From Patescibacteria group bacterium (GTDB taxonomy: Bacteria; Patescibacteriota; Patescibacteriia; UBA9934): a DNA stretch of 64,000 nt. The translations under genes were made by a program, and so were the position numbers. Where the stretch lies: positions 4,686-68,685 of the forward strand of contig JBBTSM010000005.1 in assembly GCA_038064675.1 (NCBI GenBank). Direction: 5' to 3'. The notes beneath the pieces are model-generated. The model did no database searches. It had not been told where the DNA came from and saw only the letters and a list, made by a program, of their open reading frames with translations. Shown piece by piece: positions 1-8,078 of the stretch (its first letter is position 1; each line of letters opens with the position of its first letter).

Positions 1-183
1 GTTGCCGATCGTGCAGGCTGACTCGGAAATTCTATCGAGATACATCCGCTTAAGCAGCCCCGGACCGTCCTTTTGATACAAACACACGTTCGCCTTACAC
101 GCAGAACAAAAAATCTCCAAGAGCCTCGACGTCCCACCGCGAGCCTTCTTGAACTTGTCAGATTTTAGCAACGGCTTTTTCAT
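1..183 (-). CDS. partial CDS (N-terminal ~61 codons; continues past window start), unknown small Cys-containing protein
   Basis: ATG at 181-183 on reverse strand opens a frame with no stop down to position 1 (MKKPLLKSDKFKKARGGTSRLLEIFCSACKANVCLYQKDGPG...). Not in ORF track because truncated. Confidence 0.2.
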   Translation of the reverse strand, partial: MKKPLLKSDKFKKARGGTSRLLEIFCSACKANVCLYQKDGPGLLKRMYLDRISESACTIGN

Positions 184-373
184 GAAGGGTCATGATAACA
201 CTTCGGCCCCGATCTGAATCTTCTGCATATCCGCAAACCACGGATTGGTCGCGATGAGACTTTCACAATCGTCGTTTACCGGAACAGTGTTTCAATTTCA
301 CTCATATGAAAAACGCACCTTGTTTTTCGTGGTTTATCACGTATGATCATTCCATCAGTCTTTTTCCAAACAT

Positions 374-772
374 ATGCCGAATCGCGTCGGGCACTTTGAA
401 ATTCATGCAGACGAGCCGGAACGGGCAGTGAAATTCTATTCTGAGGTCTTTGGATGGAAAATTACGAAATGGGAAGGCGGACAAATGGAATACTGGATGG
501 TGGAAAATGGTGGACGCAATGAAGCAGGCGGAATCAATGGCGGAATTGTTCGCCGTCCATGCCCAGCACCAGTCGCAAGCCAGGGGCTCAATGCATTTTG
601 CTGCACAATTGTCGTCGATGATTTCGATGAGCTCATGGCAAAGGCCGTCGAAAACGGCGCAACGGTTGCGATGCCGAAATTCGCGCTCACAGGCATGGCG
701 TGGCAGGGATACTTCATCGATACGGAAGGAAACACGGTCGGACTTCACCAAGCAGATGTGAACGCGAAGTAG
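374..772 (+). CDS. glyoxalase/bleomycin-resistance/VOC family protein
   Basis: 132 aa; HFEIHADEPERAVKFYSEVFGW...GYFIDTEGNTVGLHQ typical VOC fold motifs; ATG start. Confidence 0.8.
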   Translation: MPNRVGHFEIHADEPERAVKFYSEVFGWKITKWEGGQMEYWMVENGGRNEAGGINGGIVRRPCPAPVASQGLNAFCCTIVVDDFDELMAKAVENGATVAMPKFALTGMAWQGYFIDTEGNTVGLHQADVNAK

Positions 773-813
773 TGTTGGTATACTTCGTTTAAGATTCCCT
801 CACTTTTTGCATT

Positions 814-1050
814 ATGATGAACGGATTTGGCCTCTTTGGCACAAACATGGGCATCACCATATTTTCCTTTGGGATGATGGCGCTTATTGTATGGTCATTC
901 ATATGGAAGGGCCTCGCACTATGGCATTCGGCAAAGCGAAAGGAACCGTGGTGGTTCATCGCGATCCTTCTCGTCAACACTGCAGGAATCCTCGAGATCA
1001 TTTATCTCTTCGCGGTTGCAAAGATGAAGCGGGATGAACTGTTCAAATAA
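814..1050 (+). CDS. small two-TM membrane protein (PLDc_N-like / DUF-type)
   Basis: 78 aa, two hydrophobic helices separated by WHSAKRKEPWW, C-terminal KMKRDELFK. Confidence 0.5.
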   Translation: MMNGFGLFGTNMGITIFSFGMMALIVWSFIWKGLALWHSAKRKEPWWFIAILLVNTAGILEIIYLFAVAKMKRDELFK

Positions 1051-1068
1051 TCTCCAGATTCGATTCGT

Positions 1069-1389
1069 ATGACGATCTCGCCGCGAAAAACCGTCAGTGA
1101 ATTTGTTGTATTCATCAAAGAGCAGGGCGTTGTTGGCCTTGCTGTGGGATTCCTCATCGGCGGCGCAGTCTCAAAACTTGTCAGCGCATTCATCTTAGAC
1201 ATCGTAACGCCACTGGTCGGCCTTGCATTCGGCGCAGTGGGAAGCCTCAAAGAAGCAACGCTCCAGATTGGCACCGCAACTATCGCGTGGGGCGATTTCG
1301 TAAGCACCGGTATCGACTTCATCGTCATCGCCGCAGTCGTCTACATCGGCATTCGACTCTTCGGCATTGAACACGGAACAAAGAAATAA
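1069..1389 (+). CDS. mscL: large-conductance mechanosensitive channel MscL
   Basis: 106 aa; EFVVFIKEQGVVGLAVGFLIGGAVSKLVSAFILDIVTPLVG matches MscL TM1 signature. Confidence 0.85.
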   Translation: MTISPRKTVSEFVVFIKEQGVVGLAVGFLIGGAVSKLVSAFILDIVTPLVGLAFGAVGSLKEATLQIGTATIAWGDFVSTGIDFIVIAAVVYIGIRLFGIEHGTKK

Positions 1390-1391
1390 AA

Positions 1392-1426
1392 ACATCGCGC
1401 CGGAATTGGCGCGATGTTTTTATTTC
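1392..1426. terminator. bidirectional intrinsic terminator between mscL (+) and pgi (-)
   Basis: catcgcgcc-ggaattg-gcgcgatg hairpin followed by tttttattt. Confidence 0.5.
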
Positions 1427-2484
1427 CCCATTGCCTTCTTAAACGCATCGACGAATGGAATGCCTTCCGGCCTCACGCCGTTCTTCATTGCAAGGTAATA
1501 GCTCACGAAGCTTCCGAATTGGAGCACTTCGCCAACTTCTTCGAGCGGCTCCTTTCCACTTGTCACATAATCAACCACAGCGATCCCCTGTTCTTCAAGC
1601 ATATCGGCCGTCACGTTCACTCGCTTCTGTGTTCGAACATTGTACAAGCTTGACTGAATGAGGAACGCGACCATCTTTGGTGCGAATGTTTTTGGATGCG
1701 TGAGACCTTCGAGCAAATGGTGATTCAATTCTGGAAGCGCGAAGTATGTTGCGAACTGTTTTGCGGTTTCATTAATCGAATTTGCCAACACATGCGCAGT
1801 ACCAACCAGATGCTCTGCGGCAATAATAATCACCGCAGAATCCGCAAGCGAGCGTGCAACCGTTTTTGCGGGATTTTCTTTTGTTGGAACATCCACCGCG
1901 CAAGAGTCGATCACCTCCCCCATTGCAATGCGCATGAGGTCGATTTCTGCGCCGGTGATTTTCAAAAGCCTTGCGCGTTCGAGCATCCCGAGCAATCCCG
2001 CAAGCGAGAATCCCGTTCCAAGACGTGGCTGTTTTGCGAGCTCGCCAGGATCAAACTGATACATTGGCCATTTGTGCTTTGCCGCGCGCTTTGCCAAATC
2101 GCCACCTGCGGCGATCGCAAAGATCATCGCACCGCGTTTCACCGCATCGTCGCCAGCTGCCAGGACTTCCTCTGTTGTTCCCGAAAAACTCGAAAGCACA
2201 ACAAGCGTCTTTTTATCCACGAATCCTGGAAGCGAGTATCCGTTCACGATAGTAACGGGAACTTTCAATCGATCAAAAAATGCTGTCGTCAACATGTGTG
2301 GGCCAAGTGCCGAACCGCCCATCCCAACAATAACCACCGATGTTGCACGCTTGAACGCCTCAGGAAGATCCAAATCTCGTGTCTCCTCCCATCCAATACG
2401 AATCTGCTCCGGGAGGTGCTCAATGCCGAATCGGATGTCCGAAGTATCTAATGTCGCGTACGTCTTATGACTGTCGAGATTCAT
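1420..2484 (-). CDS. bifunctional phosphoglucose/phosphomannose isomerase (SIS-domain PGI/PMI family)
   Basis: ORF 1420..2592; SIS motifs VIVGMGGSALGP, VLSSFSGTTEEVL; start moved to ATG at 2482-2484 (MNLDSHKTY...). Confidence 0.8.
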   Translation of the reverse strand: MNLDSHKTYATLDTSDIRFGIEHLPEQIRIGWEETRDLDLPEAFKRATSVVIVGMGGSALGPHMLTTAFFDRLKVPVTIVNGYSLPGFVDKKTLVVLSSFSGTTEEVLAAGDDAVKRGAMIFAIAAGGDLAKRAAKHKWPMYQFDPGELAKQPRLGTGFSLAGLLGMLERARLLKITGAEIDLMRIAMGEVIDSCAVDVPTKENPAKTVARSLADSAVIIIAAEHLVGTAHVLANSINETAKQFATYFALPELNHHLLEGLTHPKTFAPKMVAFLIQSSLYNVRTQKRVNVTADMLEEQGIAVVDYVTSGKEPLEEVGEVLQFGSFVSYYLAMKNGVRPEGIPFVDAFKKAMGK

Positions 2485-2493
2485 AGTGCTTCC

Positions 2494-2597
2494 GCATTTG
2501 GTCGATTTTGGGCTTGCGTCATCGTAAACTCGCTCAACGTACCGAGAAGTACGCCTCGCGAGATTTACTCGCCGCGCACCCAAACTCGCCACAAATG
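2494..2597 (+). repeat. structured repeat family copy A (conserved core with covarying helices)
   Basis: gcatttggtcgattttggg...cgtaccgagaagtacg...cccaaact...caaatg; shares core with copies at 40799-40919 and 46917-47040; compensatory tttGgg/ccCaaa vs tttCgg/ccGaaa. Confidence 0.5.
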
Positions 2598-2653
2598 AGA
2601 AAGCCCTGTATCAGTCGATAGTATTCCAGTGTTTTCACGAAATAGCGAGAAAC

Positions 2654-3853
2654 TTATTCACGCGCAGAAATCCGTGCAGTTATAGTAGCACGGCCAGAAA
2701 TATCGCCGATAAGAACGGCGCCAACGATCTTTCCTTTGCGATAAAACTCTTCTACCGATGCGGATTCTGTTGCAACGATCTGTTTCACCTCGTCCGCCGC
2801 TTTCCGATCAACGTCGCCGATGAAGACGATGTGCATGTCAAAGAGATGCGTTGCGTAACTTGAAACGAGATTAAACGGCGCACGTTCGCCGCAGATCGTC
2901 TTCGCAACGGCACGACCTTGCGACTGCGCATTCATCCAGTTGCCGTACACCACATGGCGCGCAACATTTGTATCGAAGAATTCGGCGCAATCACCAATCC
3001 CGTACACCGATGGATGTGCAGTCTCGAGATATTCATTGACGACGACACCGCGTTCGATCTCTATTCCACAATCGCGATAAAACGACTGATCGGCATGCAT
3101 ACCAATTCCGATACCAAGAATCGAGCACGGGATCTCGATGCCAGACGAAAGCTTCACGCCGGTCACATCGCGCTCCCCGAGAATTTCTGGCTCAGCCTCG
3201 TTCGCATGCAATACTGTCCCGCCATCAATAGCCTTCTTCGCAAGAACGTCCTGTGAATGTGCAGAAAGAGTCGAAGACCAAAATCCTCGGCCACGCATCA
3301 CGACATCGCAAGAAATGCCGAAATGTTTAAAAATATTAATGTATTCCAATGCGATGAACCCGCTTCCGTACACCACGCCGCGGCGGTCGCTCTCCGATCG
3401 CATGAGCGTTTCCTTCAAGAGGCCAACGAGTTCATCCGCGTCATCGATGCCGCGAAGATAGGAAACGCCACGAGGCTCGCCGCCGATAACATTCAATTCG
3501 CCGCCACCCGCAAGAATCAATACATCAAACGGGAGTTCGCGGCCTTCCGACGTGCGAACAAATCGATTCGGAATATCAATCAACTCCACACGAATACCGG
3601 CCATCATCTCAATGTGATTCTTTTCGTACCACTCCCACGTTTTCAAAAAAACTTTCTCCCGTGGAATCTTTCCCTTCACATAATGCGGCAACAACACTCG
3701 TGAATACAGCGGATGGTGTTCTTGTTCAAGAATCGTAATCGCAACATCGGCATTCTTTTTGCGGATCTCTTCGGCTGCGGTTGTTCCCGCGATTCCACCA
3801 CCAAGAATGAGAACGCCTTCATTTCGCCCATTTTCGGCTTGCTCCCTCAGCAT
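2654..3853 (-). CDS. FAD-dependent pyridine nucleotide-disulfide oxidoreductase (ferredoxin/rubredoxin-reductase or NADH-oxidase-like)
   Basis: GVLILGGGIAGTTAAEE dinucleotide fold, second NAD fold VVYGSGFIALE, GIGDCAE; start moved to ATG at 3853 (MLREQAENG...). Confidence 0.8.
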   Translation of the reverse strand: MLREQAENGRNEGVLILGGGIAGTTAAEEIRKKNADVAITILEQEHHPLYSRVLLPHYVKGKIPREKVFLKTWEWYEKNHIEMMAGIRVELIDIPNRFVRTSEGRELPFDVLILAGGGELNVIGGEPRGVSYLRGIDDADELVGLLKETLMRSESDRRGVVYGSGFIALEYINIFKHFGISCDVVMRGRGFWSSTLSAHSQDVLAKKAIDGGTVLHANEAEPEILGERDVTGVKLSSGIEIPCSILGIGIGMHADQSFYRDCGIEIERGVVVNEYLETAHPSVYGIGDCAEFFDTNVARHVVYGNWMNAQSQGRAVAKTICGERAPFNLVSSYATHLFDMHIVFIGDVDRKAADEVKQIVATESASVEEFYRKGKIVGAVLIGDISGRATITARISARE

Positions 3854-3942
3854 GATCGACGACGTACCAGGAAGTACGTCTTGACGATCCTGCCTCGGTT
3901 GCGCACCGAAACTGGTCTGAAATGAAAGCGTTCTCGTCATAC

Positions 3943-4212
3943 TTATGTTGTTGGATAGAGCTGCGCACCCGTATCCACATCAAAAACCGTAATTGCAAGC
4001 GTTGGGCACGACTGTGCTCCAAGAATGATGTTTTGCATCTCATCTTCCGTCGCCTCCATAATGCGTTCGTACGCTGGAGCGCCTTCGGCAACGCCGTGGT
4101 CGATAACCTCAGCCTTGTTCTCCGTATTCATCACAAAAGTGTCTGGAGCAATCGTTACACAGCTCGCCGCACCAATACACAGGTCTGGATCGACCACGAT
4201 TCGAAGCTTCAT
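3943..4212 (-). CDS. ferredoxin (single [4Fe-4S]/[3Fe-4S] type)
   Basis: MKLRIVVDPDLCIGAASCVTIAPDTF ferredoxin motif; ATG at 4210-4212; adjacent to FAD oxidoreductase. Confidence 0.7.
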   Translation of the reverse strand: MKLRIVVDPDLCIGAASCVTIAPDTFVMNTENKAEVIDHGVAEGAPAYERIMEATEDEMQNIILGAQSCPTLAITVFDVDTGAQLYPTT

Positions 4213-4254
4213 AGATGGCAACAGGATAGCGAAAATCCCCGTGAAGCGCAAAAA

Positions 4255-5400
4255 CTACCGCATCTTCTCCAGAATCTCCCGAACCGCTGAGATTGCTCGA
4301 TCAATATCGGTCGCCGCAGTTGATCGGCCGAGGGAAAATCGGATACTTCCACCGATGCGGTCGGCAAATAATCCAAGCGCAGCAAGAACATGACTCGGCT
4401 CCGATCCTCCTTTACATGCCGATCCGGTAGAGGCAGCAATTCCTGCTGCGTCGAGGCGCAACACAAGCTCTTCACCCTCAATTCCATCGAACGCGACATT
4501 TGCATTGTTTGGCAAACGACGAATGCGATCGCCGTTTAATGACGTCCCACGGATTTCGAGGAGTCCCTCGATCAGCCGCTCACGAAGCGGCAACAATCGA
4601 CTCGACTCGCGATCTCGCATTGCGACAGATTCGGAAAGCGCCGACGCAAATCCAACAGCTCCGGCGATATTCTCGGTACCAGGCCTACGACCAGATTCCT
4701 GCTTTCCGCCACCGAAGACTGAGCCCCACGGCGCATTTCGTCGAATATACAAGGCTCCAGCGCCCCTTGGTCCGTACACTTTCGGGCTTGAGAGCGTCAA
4801 AAAATCAACGTGAAGCGATTCGACATCGATCTCCAGATAGTTCGGCGCCTGACTCGCATCGGAATGAAAGAGCGGATATACCGACCCACGCTTCTTTCGC
4901 CACGCATCAATCGCCTTTCCAATGTGATGAACGTCGTGAACAACACCAATCTCATTATTCGCCATCATCACCGACACCAACACCGTATCATCACGAAGTG
5001 CGGCGACAATCGCATCTGCGTCAACGTGCCCGCGTTCATCGACGGGAATAATTGTCACATCAGCTCCGGCTGCATGAATCGCGCCAAGAACAGCGGCGTG
5101 CTCTGTTGCAATGGTGACGACGTGTTTTCCCCGCATGAATCCAGCCTTCAGCGCTCCAAACACCGCGAGATTGATGGATTCTGTCGCACCGGAAGTCAGA
5201 ACGATCTCATCACCATGCGCAACAATACATTTTGCAATCGATTCGTGGGCGGCGCGAAGAATGCTCGCAGCCTGCACGCCCTCCGTATGTAAACTCGAAG
5301 GGTTTCCCCATACTCCAGTGAGGATTGGTTCCATCGCCATCCACGCCGTGGAAGAAAGTGGCGTTGCGGCAGCGTAATCAAGGTAAATTCGATCAGGCAT
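4255..5400 (-). CDS. iscS: cysteine desulfurase (IscS/NifS family)
   Basis: 381 aa; LTSGATESINLA, SSPKVYGPRGAGALYIRR, C-terminal active-site GSACKGG. Confidence 0.85.
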   Translation of the reverse strand: MPDRIYLDYAAATPLSSTAWMAMEPILTGVWGNPSSLHTEGVQAASILRAAHESIAKCIVAHGDEIVLTSGATESINLAVFGALKAGFMRGKHVVTIATEHAAVLGAIHAAGADVTIIPVDERGHVDADAIVAALRDDTVLVSVMMANNEIGVVHDVHHIGKAIDAWRKKRGSVYPLFHSDASQAPNYLEIDVESLHVDFLTLSSPKVYGPRGAGALYIRRNAPWGSVFGGGKQESGRRPGTENIAGAVGFASALSESVAMRDRESSRLLPLRERLIEGLLEIRGTSLNGDRIRRLPNNANVAFDGIEGEELVLRLDAAGIAASTGSACKGGSEPSHVLAALGLFADRIGGSIRFSLGRSTAATDIDRAISAVREILEKMR

Positions 5401-5402
5401 AC

Positions 5403-6398
5403 TTACGATTTACAGCCCCCAAACGTGAATGCGTACATTTTCAGTCCTGCAGTTTTCACCGAAAGCTTCAATGTTGCCCGATGATAATGATCAGCACGAA
5501 TGATGGCGTACATTCGATGGCTCGTGACATGAATATGCGTATTCCCCGCCTCGTCGATCACAACATCTGCGCCCGCCATCGAAGCCGGAACAGGCTCGCC
5601 GTCGATCGTCACGTCAACAACCGCTTCACGGTCGTCGAGGGCGCCCATGACGAGATTTGTTTCGAATGCCGAGTAACTCATCTGGAGATATTCTGTTGCA
5701 AGCGCCAACGTTCGCGTGTGCTCAAGAAACTCTGGGGCAATTCGCCAATGGCCGTACAGATATGGAACGTCGTCAACATGATCAGCTACGTCATCGAACG
5801 CTTCCTCGGTATCGGGAAGCTTGTCGTGCGCATTGCCGATATGGCCACGAAGATAGCCAAGATATATTTCTGGGGTTGTACGATGACACACGCCCCCACT
5901 CCTAGTACTGTCCGGCGCGATCGCTGGCAACGTTGTAACGCCCGCCGCACGAAGCGCGCCTTGAATTGCCATTTCCGTCTGCGCAGCACCACCTTCACCC
6001 TGATGCTCATACACAATCGTTCCAAGACCATCAATTAAAAAGAGATGGGGCCACACGCGGTTTGCATACGAATTCCAAATTGCAAAATCCGGATCGAGAA
6101 CTACCGGATATTCCACACCAAGCTCAGAGACTGCGCGGCGAACATTCTCTTCCTGTTTTTCGAAATCGAACTCCGGCGAGTGCACGCCAATTACCGTCAG
6201 TCCAAGTTTCGCATACGCTTTGTGCCAGCGCTTCAGGTGCGGCAGCGTCCGCAAACAATTCACACAGGAATACGTCCAAAAATCGATCAGCACTGGCTTG
6301 CCCTTTAACGATTTCATCGTCAACGAATCCGAATTCAACCACACCAAGCCCGTTGGGAATTCCGGTGCACGAGTTTTTCCGAACCCACGGAAGGCCAT
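5403..6398 (-). CDS. thioredoxin-like (redoxin/TlpA-like) protein with C-terminal extension domain
   Basis: 331 aa; KPVLIDFWTYSCVNCLRTLPHLKRW (CxxC), redoxin fold then ~170 aa extension as in DipZ C-terminal proteins. Confidence 0.7.
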   Translation of the reverse strand: MAFRGFGKTRAPEFPTGLVWLNSDSLTMKSLKGKPVLIDFWTYSCVNCLRTLPHLKRWHKAYAKLGLTVIGVHSPEFDFEKQEENVRRAVSELGVEYPVVLDPDFAIWNSYANRVWPHLFLIDGLGTIVYEHQGEGGAAQTEMAIQGALRAAGVTTLPAIAPDSTRSGGVCHRTTPEIYLGYLRGHIGNAHDKLPDTEEAFDDVADHVDDVPYLYGHWRIAPEFLEHTRTLALATEYLQMSYSAFETNLVMGALDDREAVVDVTIDGEPVPASMAGADVVIDEAGNTHIHVTSHRMYAIIRADHYHRATLKLSVKTAGLKMYAFTFGGCKS

Positions 6399-6401
6399 AA
6401 G

Positions 6402-7109
6402 CTACAACGAGATTGGCGCATGAAAAATCATAGGAACAAGCACACCAAGCCCGTAACCGATCGCCGCAGCACTTGTTGAAACAATAAACATTTCAAGTCC
6501 CGACCGCCACAGATTCGTACCGGTGAGCTTCGCCTTCAGTACACCGACGAGAAACAACGCAACAAGCGTCATCCCGATCGTCAACGGAATCGCGATGCTG
6601 AACGGAACAAAGAGGTACGGCGCGAAGGTGAAGAACCCGCCCAGTAAATAAAACCCGCCCATAAACATCGCCGCGATAACCGGCGTCGAACTCGTACTTG
6701 GTGCGTACCGATATTCACATCGAGCGACTTCCTTCAGCCAAACTTTGCGCTCACGGCCGATTGCTTCCACCGCTACATCGACCTCACTCTTTGAAAATCC
6801 TTTTCGATGAAACAGATCGGAAAGTGATTCGAGATCGGAGACTCTTTCATGAAGAACTCGCGCGTGATCCTGTTTTGCGCGCTGATCGTAAAGTTCCTTC
6901 GCAGACTTTGACGACAGGTAGCTTCCCGCAGCCATCGAGACCGCTTCAACGAACACCAGAACAACACCAGTGAGAACAACAAAAAATGTGTTGTGCGTGC
7001 CAACCGCGACACCAGTAATTGTCCCCAACGTCGAAACAAGGCTGTCTTCCAGGCCAAAAACAACGTCTCGCACATTTTCGCGCAAACTCCCCCACACGCC
7101 TCCTGCCAT
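6402..7109 (-). CDS. VIT1/CCC1 family (vacuolar iron transporter-like, DUF125) membrane protein
   Basis: 235 aa; N-terminal GLEDSLVSTLGTITGVAVG, central coiled segment, C-terminal TM bundle typical of VIT family. Confidence 0.7.
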   Translation of the reverse strand: MAGGVWGSLRENVRDVVFGLEDSLVSTLGTITGVAVGTHNTFFVVLTGVVLVFVEAVSMAAGSYLSSKSAKELYDQRAKQDHARVLHERVSDLESLSDLFHRKGFSKSEVDVAVEAIGRERKVWLKEVARCEYRYAPSTSSTPVIAAMFMGGFYLLGGFFTFAPYLFVPFSIAIPLTIGMTLVALFLVGVLKAKLTGTNLWRSGLEMFIVSTSAAAIGYGLGVLVPMIFHAPISL

Positions 7110-7152
7110 ATGCCGTATTTTACCACGAACCCAGTATTATCGACCGAAAAGT

Positions 7153-7554
7153 ATGCTAGAATCCCTTTGTATGGAGTTCTCCACACATTATCCCCCGTTT
7201 GCGGAGAAAACCGTCGTCGTCCTTACCAATACCGAGAAAGCTCGGATTCTTTCTGTTGATGGCCGCGAAGTGACGGAAGTTGAGGAGCTCACAATCAACA
7301 TCCCCGAGATGGCAGACTTCGAAGCACAGAAGACGGCGCAAATTTCGGCACTCGCAAAAAAGGTTTCAAAATCTATCGAAAAACTCCTCGCAAGTTCCTG
7401 CACCGTCGCTATTCTTTGCGTCCCGGAAGTAAACCGCGAACAACTCCTCGCCACAATGAATCCAGACACCGTCGCCAAAATCGCCACCGTCATCCCCAAA
7501 AATCTCTGCGCAATGAAACTTGAGACGGTAATGCGGATTTTGTTGGAGAGTTAG
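7153..7554 (+). CDS. hypothetical protein (133 aa), translationally coupled to downstream Nudix ORF
   Basis: ATG 7153 after end of the VIT-family gene (6402..7109); stop TAG 7552-7554 lies 7 nt before ATG 7562. Confidence 0.45.
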   Translation: MLESLCMEFSTHYPPFAEKTVVVLTNTEKARILSVDGREVTEVEELTINIPEMADFEAQKTAQISALAKKVSKSIEKLLASSCTVAILCVPEVNREQLLATMNPDTVAKIATVIPKNLCAMKLETVMRILLES

Positions 7555-7561
7555 GATACTG

Positions 7562-7590
7562 ATGGGGTCAGGTCTTGAATCTATGCATTT
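7562..7590. repeat. left arm of perfect 29-bp inverted repeat (ATGGGGTCAGGTCTTGAATCTATGCATTT)
   Basis: exact reverse complement present at 8048-8076. Confidence 0.95.
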
Positions 7591-8049
7591 TATGATTCGA
7601 AAGCCGGGAGCGAAAGCAATTGTTGTGTATAAAGATAAACTATGCCTCGTTCTTCGCGATAACAATCCAGCGATTGCCCATCCTAACAAATGGAATACGC
7701 CCGGTGGAGCGATCGAGGAAGGCGAACCCCGAAAGACGCAATAATCCGAGAGCTTAAGGAGGAAATCGATCTCGATGCTACCGAAATCATCGAAACTGGG
7801 ATCACAATGTATGCAGACGGCAGCGTTGTGCATCGGTATTTCGTTCCCGTCACTGATGAGCAATTTGCAAAAATTCGACTCGTTCACGAGGGTCAGCGCC
7901 TGGAATGGTTCACGCTCGACGAAGCACTCAAACTCGTCGACACTCCTCACCTTTCCATCTATCTAGAAACACACGTTAACGATATTCGGACACTAATGAA
8001 AGGCGAGCGGGAATTCGAGCTAAGAAATGAGGAGCTCGAACTTCGCTAA
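7562..8049 (+). pseudogene. Nudix hydrolase gene disrupted by a 1-nt frameshift near 7726 (or sequencing error / programmed shift)
   Basis: ORFs 7562..7744 and 7690..8049 together give MIRKPGAKAIVVYKDKLCLVLR...PGGAIEEGE[T]PKDAIIRELKEEIDL = canonical Nudix box GX5EX7REUXEEXGU only if one base is restored in gaacccc. Confidence 0.6.
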
Positions 8050-8076
8050 ATGCATAGATTCAAGACCTGACCCCAT
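8048..8076. repeat. right arm of perfect 29-bp inverted repeat
   Basis: AAATGCATAGATTCAAGACCTGACCCCAT; begins 1 nt into the TAA stop (8047-8049) of the Nudix ORF. Confidence 0.95.
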
Positions 8077-8078
8077 TA

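Noticed and set aside
1696-2451. 251-aa plus-strand ORF antisense to pgi
   Set aside because: Cys/Arg-rich low-complexity translation opposite a well-supported SIS-domain gene.
2494-2597. Structured repeats as integron attC sites
   Set aside because: attC sites conserve the terminal R''/R' boxes (RYYYAAC/GTTRRRY) and vary centrally. Here the termini vary and the centre is conserved, and no integrase or cassette array is present.
7366-7950. 194-aa minus-strand ORF inside the Nudix cassette
   Set aside because: Antisense to a gene with a clear Nudix signature; no domain features; likely spurious.
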